Below the pieces are notes generated by a model. That model ran no database searches. It was not told where the DNA came from and saw only the letters and a program-made list of their open reading frames with translations. Shown piece after piece: positions 45,903 to 53,913 of a stretch of DNA of 64,000 bases (positions are counted from its first letter, which is position 1; the number at the start of each line of letters is the position of its first letter). Location: NCBI GenBank assembly GCA_965195345.1, contig OZ239628.1, positions 896,001 to 960,000 of the forward strand. Reading direction: 5' to 3'. The translations under genes and the position numbers were made by a program. The stretch is from an uncultured Thiomicrospira sp. (GTDB taxonomy: Bacteria > Pseudomonadota > Gammaproteobacteria > CAKMZV01).

Positions 45903-45938
45903 TTGACACTGCGCTTTGTAAAGGTATAATACCGCCCC
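45903..45938 (+). promoter_or_regulatory. Sigma-70 promoter of tRNA operon with GC-rich discriminator
   Basis: TTGACA-16 nt-TATAAT followed by ACCGCCCC. Confidence 0.88.
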
Positions 45939-45969
45939 ATCGGTATGGGCTTGATGTCTACTAAACCAA

Positions 45970-46045
<76 letters not shown>

Positions 46046-46082
46046 ATACATACCGGTTTTTAAGACATCGTGTCTTAAGCTA

Positions 46083-46158
46083 GTCCCCTTCGTCTAGTGG
46101 CCTAGGACTCCGCCCTTTCACGGCGGCAACAGGGGTTCGAGTCCCCTAGGGGACGCCA
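46083..46158 (+). tRNA. tRNA-Glu(TTC)
   Basis: GTCCCCTTCGTCTAG...CCGCC-CT-TTC-AC-GGCGG...GGGGACGCCA. Confidence 0.97.
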
Positions 46159-46184
46159 TTCTTATGTGGTGACTTTGCTCGTTT

Positions 46185-46260
46185 GCGGGAATAGCTCAGT
46201 TGGTAGAGCGCAACCTTGCCAAGGTTGAGGTCGCCGGTTCGAACCCGGTTTCCCGCTCCA
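46185..46260 (+). tRNA. tRNA-Gly(GCC)
   Basis: GCGGGAATAGCTCAG...CAACC-TT-GCC-AA-GGTTG...TCCCGCTCCA. Confidence 0.97.
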
Positions 46261-46261
46261 C
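46216..46261 (+). repeat. attL core (3' half of tRNA-Gly), 46-bp direct repeat
   Basis: TTGCCAAGGTTGAGGTCGCCGGTTCGAACCCGGTTTCCCGCTCCAC identical to 48304-48349. Confidence 0.93.
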
Positions 46262-46275
46262 GAAAAATCCTTTAA

Positions 46276-46908
46276 AAGCACAGTGAGCAATTTCGAAAAA
46301 TTTACAATCAAACGCAAGAGGAATTTTGTGATACTGTGGGGATAAAAGTGGGAACTCTACGAGGAATTGAGAATGCCCGCAACGCTCCAGGGTTAGATAT
46401 TATTGAGAAAATTTGTTCTACCTTTCCTGATAAAACTACTTGGATTATGACGGGTCAAGGTGCGCTACCAACTCTAAGCAATTCTGATAATGCTATTCAT
46501 CTTGGCTTTTATGATTTATCAGCATCAATGGGAAAAGGGGAAGCAATATTTGAACAACCAACTGAAGAAAGTTTAACAGTAACAGAGGAATCGCTCGGGT
46601 TGAAACTCGGTATTCAGCACTACAAAGACGATAACCTTTTTCTATTTACCGTTGCTGGTGATAGTATGCAACCGAAAGTAGGACCCGACGATATTTGCCT
46701 TGCAAAGCGCAGTGAAGTTAAAGAAGAAGACGGGATTTATCTTTTGGACACACCCGATGGCATCATGTGTAAACGCCTCATTAGACAAGGCGATAAAGTG
46801 ATTGTGCGCTCCGATAATAAGAAGTATGGCGACTGGACACCCGACGACCCCGCCGAGATCATCATCCGCGCCCGCGTCATCAGCATCCTTAAACAAATAC
46901 GAGTTTAG
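46276..46908 (+). CDS. Phage CI-like XRE-HTH/S24 peptidase repressor, 5' start missing (possible pseudogene)
   Basis: Frame upstream of GTG 46336 reads KHSEQFRKIYNQTQEEFCDTVGIKVGTLRGIEN (HTH) back to TAA 46273; S24 motifs ASMG, VAGDSMQP and CKRL. Confidence 0.82.
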   Translation, partial: KHSEQFRKIYNQTQEEFCDTVGIKVGTLRGIENARNAPGLDIIEKICSTFPDKTTWIMTGQGALPTLSNSDNAIHLGFYDLSASMGKGEAIFEQPTEESLTVTEESLGLKLGIQHYKDDNLFLFTVAGDSMQPKVGPDDICLAKRSEVKEEDGIYLLDTPDGIMCKRLIRQGDKVIVRSDNKKYGDWTPDDPAEIIIRARVISILKQIRV

Positions 46909-46910
46909 AT

Positions 46911-47135
46911 ATGTTTGATTTTAAAATTTCAGATACTGGTTGGACGGTATTGTGGCTTCCATTGATTATTTGTGCAATGACACTTGTATTTTTCATTGAT
47001 AAATGGGATGGACACATCCACAGCCAAGAGGGGTGTAATCAGCTTCAAAAAGTAGAGGAAAAAGTCTATATGGTTAATACGTGTACAGGGAAATATAAAT
47101 TAATCAAACAAGAAAATAGCAAACTCAAAGAATAA
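46911..47135 (+). CDS. Small single-TM hypothetical protein
   Basis: 74 aa, TM at residues ~10-29, two Cys in the C-terminal domain; 2 bp after the repressor stop. Confidence 0.7.
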   Translation: MFDFKISDTGWTVLWLPLIICAMTLVFFIDKWDGHIHSQEGCNQLQKVEEKVYMVNTCTGKYKLIKQENSKLKE

Positions 47136-47181
47136 CGGCAAACTAAGCCACCACCACTAACCACAAACAAATAACCTATTT

Positions 47182-47808
47182 TTATTCCAAATCAAATTTT
47201 TCGTATATTAATTTGAATGTATTATGTAAATTTGGCTCCTTTCTTGCCTCTACAGCTTTCATAGGACACTTGAGTTTTTCAGAAATTCTTTCATTGCTAA
47301 GCGAATTCCATTCAGTGCTCTCAACAAAATAATGAGGAATTAATATCTCAAGTGCAATGTAAAAAGCACATATTTCTGACATGCTAATATTACGTGTTCT
47401 ACTGCATTCATCTTTAAAAAAATTTGTATTTAATATTTCTTCAGAAATATTTTTCAAACCGTCTGGCTCTTTTTCTCTAAGGTTTGGAATAACCCTGTTT
47501 AATAATAGGTGAGAGAGTTCTTTTGCCACATAAAGTCGTCTCCAGCAGTAATTTACGTTTTCGCTTACATAGATATGAGCGGTTTCAGTTCTCTCTATTA
47601 AAACCGCTCCAAAGTGTACAGAATGTCCGCCATCGTTTTTAATTTGTATTTTTTTGTTAATTTCTATCTCAGTAGCAAGTTTGAAATGATTATTTAAAGA
47701 AATAGGGGTATTAGAATCACATTTTTTTAAAAGAAGGAGGCACTTTTTTACTCCAACTTCTAAATAGCGGGAAAAATTAGGATGTTGAGTTATTTTCATT
47801 TTAGACAA
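47182..47808 (-). CDS. ImmA/IrrE-like metallopeptidase-fold protein with KELxH motif
   Basis: IYVSENVNYCWRRLYVAKELSHLLL and EICAFYIALEILIP mirror the IrrE N..RRFTLAHELGH and E..AN.FA..LLMP motifs; start is TTG 47808 or ATG 47799. Confidence 0.7.
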   Translation of the reverse strand: MSKMKITQHPNFSRYLEVGVKKCLLLLKKCDSNTPISLNNHFKLATEIEINKKIQIKNDGGHSVHFGAVLIERTETAHIYVSENVNYCWRRLYVAKELSHLLLNRVIPNLREKEPDGLKNISEEILNTNFFKDECSRTRNISMSEICAFYIALEILIPHYFVESTEWNSLSNERISEKLKCPMKAVEARKEPNLHNTFKLIYEKFDLE

Positions 47809-47836
47809 AAAAAAACCATTCGTTAGAATGGTTTTT
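47807..47836 (-). terminator. Intrinsic terminator between the 58-aa ORF and the KELxH gene
   Basis: Minus strand AAAAACCATTC-TAAC-GAATGGTTTTTTTTT; the T9 tract runs into the downstream start codon. Confidence 0.72.
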
Positions 47837-47852
47837 ATTAGATATTTTAATT

Positions 47853-48029
47853 TTACCCTTCAAATTCTGTTAAGGCTCCAGCCTTATCTGCTTCTACAAC
47901 ATTATTGATTTCTTTGAACAAGTCGTCAGCAGTATATTCGGTATTTGCAATAGCAAACTTAACATCGACCAGATTAGGATCATTTAAAAAAGGGTATTTT
48001 TCTTTCATATCGTCATTGTAACTAGACAT
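47853..48029 (-). CDS. 58-aa acidic hypothetical protein (not in ORF track)
   Basis: Read by hand: MSSYNDDMKEKYPFLNDPNLVDVKFAIANTEYTADDLFKEINNVVEADKAGALTEFEG*; AGGAGG RBS upstream of the ATG. Confidence 0.8.
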   Translation of the reverse strand: MSSYNDDMKEKYPFLNDPNLVDVKFAIANTEYTADDLFKEINNVVEADKAGALTEFEG

Positions 48030-48303
48030 TATCCGCCCTCCTGTTTATATGTATGTAAAGTGTGGTAAATTGTGTGATTTTTAGTATAACTGAAAAGTGC
48101 GCGGATTGTACAACAAAGTTACCTCGAATACATTGTGTTGTAGTAATTAAAAGCAATTTATACCAAAATCAAACCATTTAACGTAGTATTGAAAAATAGG
48201 TAAGTAACTTTAAATACGCACCATTTTGGTAAACCCTGCCTTCTTTAGCGCATTTTTAGCACACCACCTTTAGAAAGCCTTTACTAATATGGTTATTCTG
48301 CCA

Positions 48304-48349
48304 TTGCCAAGGTTGAGGTCGCCGGTTCGAACCCGGTTTCCCGCTCCAC
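48304..48349 (+). repeat. attR core (duplicated 3' half of tRNA-Gly)
   Basis: Exact 46-bp copy of 46216-46261 without the tRNA 5' half. Confidence 0.93.
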
Positions 48350-48474
48350 TATAAAAGTATTACATTCTGTTTATTTTCCGTCGTATTCCTATAGAAAGTT
48401 ATTTTTTATCATGCTGAGAAATATTATTTCTGGTGATATTTATTGTTTGTAAGTCGAAATTAAATGATATGTAT

Positions 48475-49686
48475 CTATGTATGCAAAGGTAAAAATTTCT
48501 TTTGCCATTTAATGCAACGCTGCGCATCGCGCTCTTCATATTCTTGAAGGGCGGATGGAAGATCCAGTTCAAAAGCACTTTCACAATCTTCGCCCAAGGC
48601 TGTCAGAAGCATGGTGTACCAAGCGGTTACTCCACCTGGCAGGGTGGATTCAAATTTTGGAAATTTAGGATCGCCCCCTATATCACTTAACCAAGTATTC
48701 GCGAGTTGGTGATTAAGCGCCATACCACGCGCCAAGCCGACCATGTCGACAGCGCCACTAGTTAGTGCTTCAATTGCTTGGTCACGTCTTTTGAATCCGC
48801 CTGTTAGCATTAACGGTACATTGGTTGCCTTTTTTGCGAGTTTAGCAAAGTCAAGAAAATACACTCTATCATTTGAACTATCAGAGCTTGACTTTGCTCC
48901 AGGAAAATATGTCCCTCCGCTGATATCAATCAGATCAATTGAGCTTTGATCGAGTAAGGACACTACTTTCAATGCATCAACTTCCGTCAGTCCACCTTCC
49001 AGTTGATCCGTGGAGTTGATTCTTATTCCGATTGGAAATGAAGAACCAACAGCACGCCTAACTTCGTTTATTATTTCAAGGACTATACGAAACCGTGCTT
49101 CAATTGAGCCACCGTAACAATCATTTCGACGGTTAAACAATGGGGAGATAAATTGACTTAGTAAAAATCCATGCCCTGCATGAATATGAACACCACTAAA
49201 ACCTACAGTCTTTGCGTGTAAAGCGGTTTTTGCATACATACTGGGTAGTTCGCGAATCTCTTCAATAGACATGCCCGCACATTGGAGACCTTCAAGGTCA
49301 AGCGCAGACGGTCCTTTTGGCTGACTAATCGGCAAGTGTGAAAGGGCTCCAGCATGGCCAATTTGTGCCCACAGGTGAGCCGCTTCAATCATTGCCCGAC
49401 TGGTGAGTAACTTTAGTGCTTTTCTATTGGAGTGTTCTCCTAATACCAAATTCCCCGGTTTCTCAGGAAAGCGATGATCTCCTTGTACTTCACCGATGAA
49501 AGACACAGAGACCCCGCCTTCTGCCCATCGTTCGTAAAGCCGAATTTGCGCCTCAGTGGGATTACCTTCGCCATCAGCAAGCGAGTCCGACATTGACGAC
49601 TTGGCGAGTCGGTTCTTTAGGACAGCTCCACAAGGAAGTTCTAATTTTTTTTGAAGGATGTATGTTGAATCTAAATTTTTAATCAT
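48475..49686 (-). CDS. NADH:flavin oxidoreductase (old yellow enzyme family)
   Basis: NRLAKSSMS, QIGHAG and HAGHGFLLSQFISP..N.R.D.YGGS motifs. Confidence 0.93.
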   Translation of the reverse strand: MIKNLDSTYILQKKLELPCGAVLKNRLAKSSMSDSLADGEGNPTEAQIRLYERWAEGGVSVSFIGEVQGDHRFPEKPGNLVLGEHSNRKALKLLTSRAMIEAAHLWAQIGHAGALSHLPISQPKGPSALDLEGLQCAGMSIEEIRELPSMYAKTALHAKTVGFSGVHIHAGHGFLLSQFISPLFNRRNDCYGGSIEARFRIVLEIINEVRRAVGSSFPIGIRINSTDQLEGGLTEVDALKVVSLLDQSSIDLIDISGGTYFPGAKSSSDSSNDRVYFLDFAKLAKKATNVPLMLTGGFKRRDQAIEALTSGAVDMVGLARGMALNHQLANTWLSDIGGDPKFPKFESTLPGGVTAWYTMLLTALGEDCESAFELDLPSALQEYEERDAQRCIKWQKKFLPLHT

Positions 49687-49829
49687 AAATAGTTGCAGTT
49701 ATAAATTTCAATAAAGTAGTTATTTAGAAGGAAAAATCACAGGTGAGATTCACATTTTAGTCTTTCTATTGTGTTTTTAGTGACGCACCTCATACACGTA
49801 ATATTGACACATCAATAAGCGGATGAAGA

Positions 49830-50447
49830 TTAATCTTTCTGTACTTTATTAACGAATGATGCCATTTTTTCATGAGACTTCACTCCTGGCGCAGTTTCTA
49901 TACTACTGCTGACATCAATACCCCAAATCATTGGATTTTCCAAAATGGAAACAACGTTGGTATCGTTTAATCCTCCAGCGAGGATGATGGGTTTTTCAGA
50001 TTCTTTAGGGATCAGTTTCCAATCGAATAAAGTTCCAGTACCACCGTAATAGGATTCATGAAAAGCATCAATTAAGATTCCCCTAGCCAAACTGTCATTC
50101 CATATATCTAAATCTTTTGCTAATGTTGCTTGACTCTCCACTCTGATTGCTTTCATAAAAGGGCGATCAATTTTTTTAGAATCCTCTAGTGTTTCATCTC
50201 CGTGTATTTGCACCATATCAAGTTTGCATGTGGCAGAGATTTTATTGATAGTGTCTGTCGGAGCATTAACAAATAAACCGACGGTCGTTATAAAAGGAGG
50301 AATCTTTTGAATAATTTTGGTGGCTTCTTGGGGTTCAATATAGCGTTTGCTGTTGTTGTAGAAAACGAAACCAAGTGCGTCTATTCCCAATGAACATGCA
50401 AATTGTGCGTCTTCTATGCGCGTTATGCCACAAATTTTAATTTTCAT
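49830..50447 (-). CDS. trpF: Phosphoribosylanthranilate isomerase
   Basis: KICGITR, QIHG, GGTG, LAGGL and DVSSSIE motifs. Confidence 0.96.
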   Translation of the reverse strand: MKIKICGITRIEDAQFACSLGIDALGFVFYNNSKRYIEPQEATKIIQKIPPFITTVGLFVNAPTDTINKISATCKLDMVQIHGDETLEDSKKIDRPFMKAIRVESQATLAKDLDIWNDSLARGILIDAFHESYYGGTGTLFDWKLIPKESEKPIILAGGLNDTNVVSILENPMIWGIDVSSSIETAPGVKSHEKMASFVNKVQKD

Positions 50448-50620
50448 TTATCGATACTTTAAAGGAGAGGTATTTTGCATTTTTCAGGATATTTTACAGC
50501 AGATATATATAACTCGTTGGCTGCTGCTGTTTTAGCTACTTTAGAACGTCCTTTTAAATGCAATGCTTTTTAAGTATCGATTTTGAATGATATTTATTGT
50601 CCCTACAGCCCTCGAAACCT
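50448..50620 (-). pseudogene. truA: Decayed duplicate of the truA 3' end
   Basis: Aligns by eye to ~52685-52882 (e.g. ATTTTTCAGGATAT, GTTTTAGCT.CTTTAGA, CTTTTAAATGCAAT, CCTACAG) with indels. Confidence 0.8.
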
Positions 50621-50798
50621 TAAAGAGCAATGAGGACTATTTTTCTCTTCTGTTTCAACCAGCCGTATAACTTTCAGAATTTAAACGACTGGTGATAAAC
50701 TTTTTTACTACGCAGACTCTTGCTTCATAAAATCACTCTAACTACTACAAGAAGTCCACGAGACAAGAATCAATCATAAATAGAGCATTTATTTAAGA

Positions 50799-52388
50799 CT
50801 AAGCGATTTTTTCCCGATACTCTGTGCTCAAGCCTCGCCAAGTGCTATAGCACATTGCTAATAATACGATAGTAAAAGGCAAGCCCGTAGAGACAGTCAT
50901 TGCCTGCAATGCAGATAATGCTTGATCGCCGCCAACGATTAATAAAACAATCGCAATTATGCCCTCAAATGAACACCAAAAAACTCTTTGAGAAACGGGT
51001 GCATTTGTCTTTCCACCTGCTGTAATCGTATCTATGACTAATGAGCCAGAGTCCGAAGAGGTAACAAAAAATACTAATACCAATGTTATGCCAATGAATG
51101 AAAGAAAACCAGCGAATGGGAAGCTCTTGACCATTACAAATAATTTCAATTCTTGGGCAACCGAGGCAACTTGTGCATCGGCATTAGCTAATACTTGTGA
51201 AATTGCTGTGCCTCCAAAAGTTGCCATCCATAAGATGCTCAAAAGTGTTGGAATCAAAATTGCGCAGATGACAAACTCGCGAACCGTTCGACCTCGTGAC
51301 ACACGGGCAATAAACATGCCGACAAATGGCGACCAAGAAATCCACCACGCCCAATAGAATGCAGTCCATCCTTGGGAAAAATTGACATCATCACGCCCAA
51401 ACGGCATCGATAGTGGGATTAGTTCTTGAATATATGCTATTCCACCAAAAAGTGCAGTCAATAAAATATCCTTCGTCGGTCCTACAAATAAAATCGCTAA
51501 GAGCAATAAGAGCGCAAAAATCATATTGATTTCTGATAACCGTTTTACTCCACCGTCTAAACCACGTACCACCGATACGACAGCTATAAGGGTTATAAAA
51601 GTTACAAGCAATACAATAGCGCCTGACCCAGTGCTCCAACCATAAAGATGATTAAACCCAGCTAAAGCCTGTTTAGTACCGAAACCAAGGGATGTTGCCA
51701 AACCAAAAAGAGTTGCAAACACTGCAAGAACGTCAATGATATGACCAGATTTCCCCCATACTTTTTCTCCCAATATTGGATAAAAAACTGAACGGAATGT
51801 CAGTGGCAAACCACGATTGAAAGAAAAGTATGCAAGCGATAATGCTACAACAGCATAAATTGCCCAAGGATGAATTCCCCAATGAAAAATCGTAGCTGCC
51901 ATCGCAAGATTTCTTGCGGCTTCAGTATCATTTGCTGCTGAACCTAATGGTGCCCAGTCAGTGCGTACTCCATTTTCCAAGCTAACGCCTCCAAAGGAAG
52001 AGTTAAAATGAGAAATCGGTTCTGAAACTCCAAAGAACATCAATCCAATCCCCATTCCAGCAGCAAATAGCATGGCAAACCAGCCAAGATAACTATAGTC
52101 AGGTTTAGCATCCTGTCCGCCAAGTCTTATCTTACCGAGTTTTGATACAGCAAGAAATAAAGCAAACAAAACAAATATGTTACCTGCAGAAAGAAACAGC
52201 CAATCAAAGTTGGTTGTAATCGCCGGCCTTAGCCAACCAAAAAATTCGCTTGCTTCAGCTTGAAATAACAATGTGGCTAGTACAAATAACAAAATAGTTA
52301 TTCCTGAGACAAGGAAAACTGGATTGTGAATGTCTAATCCAAACATTTGGATATTATCCTGTCCCTCTTTATAGTTAGTTTTTTCCAT
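50799..52388 (-). CDS. BCCT family betaine/carnitine/choline transporter
   Basis: WFAMLFAAGMGIGL, FHWGIHPWAIY and WTAFYWAWWISWSPFVG motifs; GGAGG RBS. Confidence 0.96.
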   Translation of the reverse strand: MEKTNYKEGQDNIQMFGLDIHNPVFLVSGITILLFVLATLLFQAEASEFFGWLRPAITTNFDWLFLSAGNIFVLFALFLAVSKLGKIRLGGQDAKPDYSYLGWFAMLFAAGMGIGLMFFGVSEPISHFNSSFGGVSLENGVRTDWAPLGSAANDTEAARNLAMAATIFHWGIHPWAIYAVVALSLAYFSFNRGLPLTFRSVFYPILGEKVWGKSGHIIDVLAVFATLFGLATSLGFGTKQALAGFNHLYGWSTGSGAIVLLVTFITLIAVVSVVRGLDGGVKRLSEINMIFALLLLLAILFVGPTKDILLTALFGGIAYIQELIPLSMPFGRDDVNFSQGWTAFYWAWWISWSPFVGMFIARVSRGRTVREFVICAILIPTLLSILWMATFGGTAISQVLANADAQVASVAQELKLFVMVKSFPFAGFLSFIGITLVLVFFVTSSDSGSLVIDTITAGGKTNAPVSQRVFWCSFEGIIAIVLLIVGGDQALSALQAMTVSTGLPFTIVLLAMCYSTWRGLSTEYREKIA

Positions 52389-52544
52389 AACAACCTCCTA
52401 AATATTGTTTATGTCATTATAGGGAGATATTTGATTTTTATGGGTTTTTTTTGTTAAGCTCTACTGCATAGACTAAAAATAGAATAATGAACGTTAAGAT
52501 AATTGCTTTCTTCTCGAAAAATGGAGTGCGTAATTTTAAAAATC

Positions 52545-52684
52545 AAGCAGGATTTTTTAGAGTATTTTGCATAGTAGATTCTGTCTATGAGAAGGTATAT
52601 TTACGAGTGATAAATATGTTTTGCGGTTCATCAAACCAATACGAAACGTATATTCCTAAAGAGTAAGCAAATTTTAATTTTCAA
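52545..52684 (-). pseudogene. trpF: Decayed duplicate of the trpF 5' end
   Basis: Minus strand TTGAAAATTAAAATTTGC directly after truA matches the trpF start ATGAAAATTAAAATTTGT; weaker similarity further on. Confidence 0.6.
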
Positions 52685-52696
52685 TCTTTCGGTACT

Positions 52697-53482
52697 TTAA
52701 AGTAGAGGGAGGATATTGTTTTCAAGTTGTGGTATTTTGAATTTTTCAGGATATCTTACAGTAGACAGATATAACCCGTTTGCGGCTGCAGTTTTAGCTG
52801 CTTTAGAGCGATCTTTTAAATGCAATAATTCTTCTATCCATTCTGGATGAACAAGTTTTGTTCCTACAGTACTTAGGGAACCAACGATATTACGAACCAT
52901 GTGATACAAAAAAGCATTCGCCTCTACTTCTAAAATGACCCAGTTATGCTGCCTTTTAACAGATATTTGATGAATGGTTTTTATAGGGGTTTTTGATTGG
53001 CATCCTGTGGCTTGAAAGCTGGTGAAGTCGTGCGATCCTAATAATATCTGTGCGCTTTGGTGCATGATTCTTTCATCTAATGGCTGTTTAACCCAGGTTG
53101 AAAAGGAATGCATGATGGCGCTTTGATAATTTGCATTATTTATAAGATACGTGTATTTTCTAGATGTTGCGCTATAGCGTGCAGAAAAAAGATCATTGAC
53201 AGGGTTTACCCATCGAATTTTAATGTTATCGGGCAAATGTCGATTTGTTCCTCGAAGCCATTCTTGGGGGGTTCTCACTTTAGTTGTGTCGAAATGAACC
53301 ACTTGAAATAATGCGTGTACTCCACTATCGGTTCGACCTGCACAAGTACATGCAATAGGTTCATCAGCTATTTTACTTAAAGCGTCTTCTACGAATTGTT
53401 GAATACCAAGTTGAGTGTTTTTTTGCCTTTGCCAGCCATGATAAGGATGCCCGTTATATTCGATAATAGCAGCAATTCTCAT
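52697..53482 (-). CDS. truA: tRNA pseudouridine(38-40) synthase
   Basis: GWQRQ, AGRTDSGVHA and FLYHMVRNIVG motifs; ATGA overlap with holC. Confidence 0.97.
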   Translation of the reverse strand: MRIAAIIEYNGHPYHGWQRQKNTQLGIQQFVEDALSKIADEPIACTCAGRTDSGVHALFQVVHFDTTKVRTPQEWLRGTNRHLPDNIKIRWVNPVNDLFSARYSATSRKYTYLINNANYQSAIMHSFSTWVKQPLDERIMHQSAQILLGSHDFTSFQATGCQSKTPIKTIHQISVKRQHNWVILEVEANAFLYHMVRNIVGSLSTVGTKLVHPEWIEELLHLKDRSKAAKTAAANGLYLSTVRYPEKFKIPQLENNILPLL

Positions 53483-53901
53483 ATCAAGTAATGTTTTATA
53501 GTAAAGCCTTTTTTTCGGAAATAGGAAAAATGTATACGTGCTGGTTCTTTGCTGGTGAAAACCGCTATGTATCTTTGGCATTTTGAACCGAATGCTATGT
53601 TTTCAAGTTTTTCAGGTTGGATGTTAAAGACGACCACTGCATCCTTCGAAGACGACGAAGACGAAGACGACGAAGACGATTCAAGTTGAATAAGACTGCT
53701 GTTATTACTGTTGACTTCATGCGGCAAAAAACTATCGTTCTCTACATTCCATAAAGCGTCGCTTATTGAACTATTTAATTCTTCAGGTAGTATCACAAGA
53801 ACACTTTTGTACTGCCTCCATGCTTTTGCACACAAACGCGCTGTTGAATATGAAAGGCGTTGTTCGTTTTCAAGAATATAAATGCTAATCAAAGGAGTCA
53901 T
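53479..53901 (-). CDS. holC: DNA polymerase III chi subunit
   Basis: ARLCAKAW...DALWNVENDSFLPH and C-terminal AR..F..FRKKG motifs. Confidence 0.8.
   Translation of the reverse strand: MTPLISIYILENEQRLSYSTARLCAKAWRQYKSVLVILPEELNSSISDALWNVENDSFLPHEVNSNNSSLIQLESSSSSSSSSSSKDAVVVFNIQPEKLENIAFGSKCQRYIAVFTSKEPARIHFSYFRKKGFTIKHYLI
53647..53679. repeat. 15-bp tandem repeat encoding a poly-Ser tract in holC
   Basis: (CGAAGACGACGAAGA)x2 plus CGA. Confidence 0.85.
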
Positions 53902-53913
53902 GAAAAGAATTTA

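Larger units (their letters stand above)
46262..48349. mobile_element. Degenerate prophage/island remnant integrated at tRNA-Gly, no integrase
   Basis: Flanked by a 46-bp tRNA-derived direct repeat; contains a phage CI-like gene and orphan genes. Confidence 0.85.

Noticed and set aside
48304-48349. Second tRNA-Gly gene
   Set aside because: Only the 3' half is present, with no acceptor 5' strand or D arm; it is an att duplication.
48475-49686. Old yellow enzyme gene as part of the tRNA-Gly island
   Set aside because: It lies outside attR and no third att copy was found, although it may be an independent acquisition.
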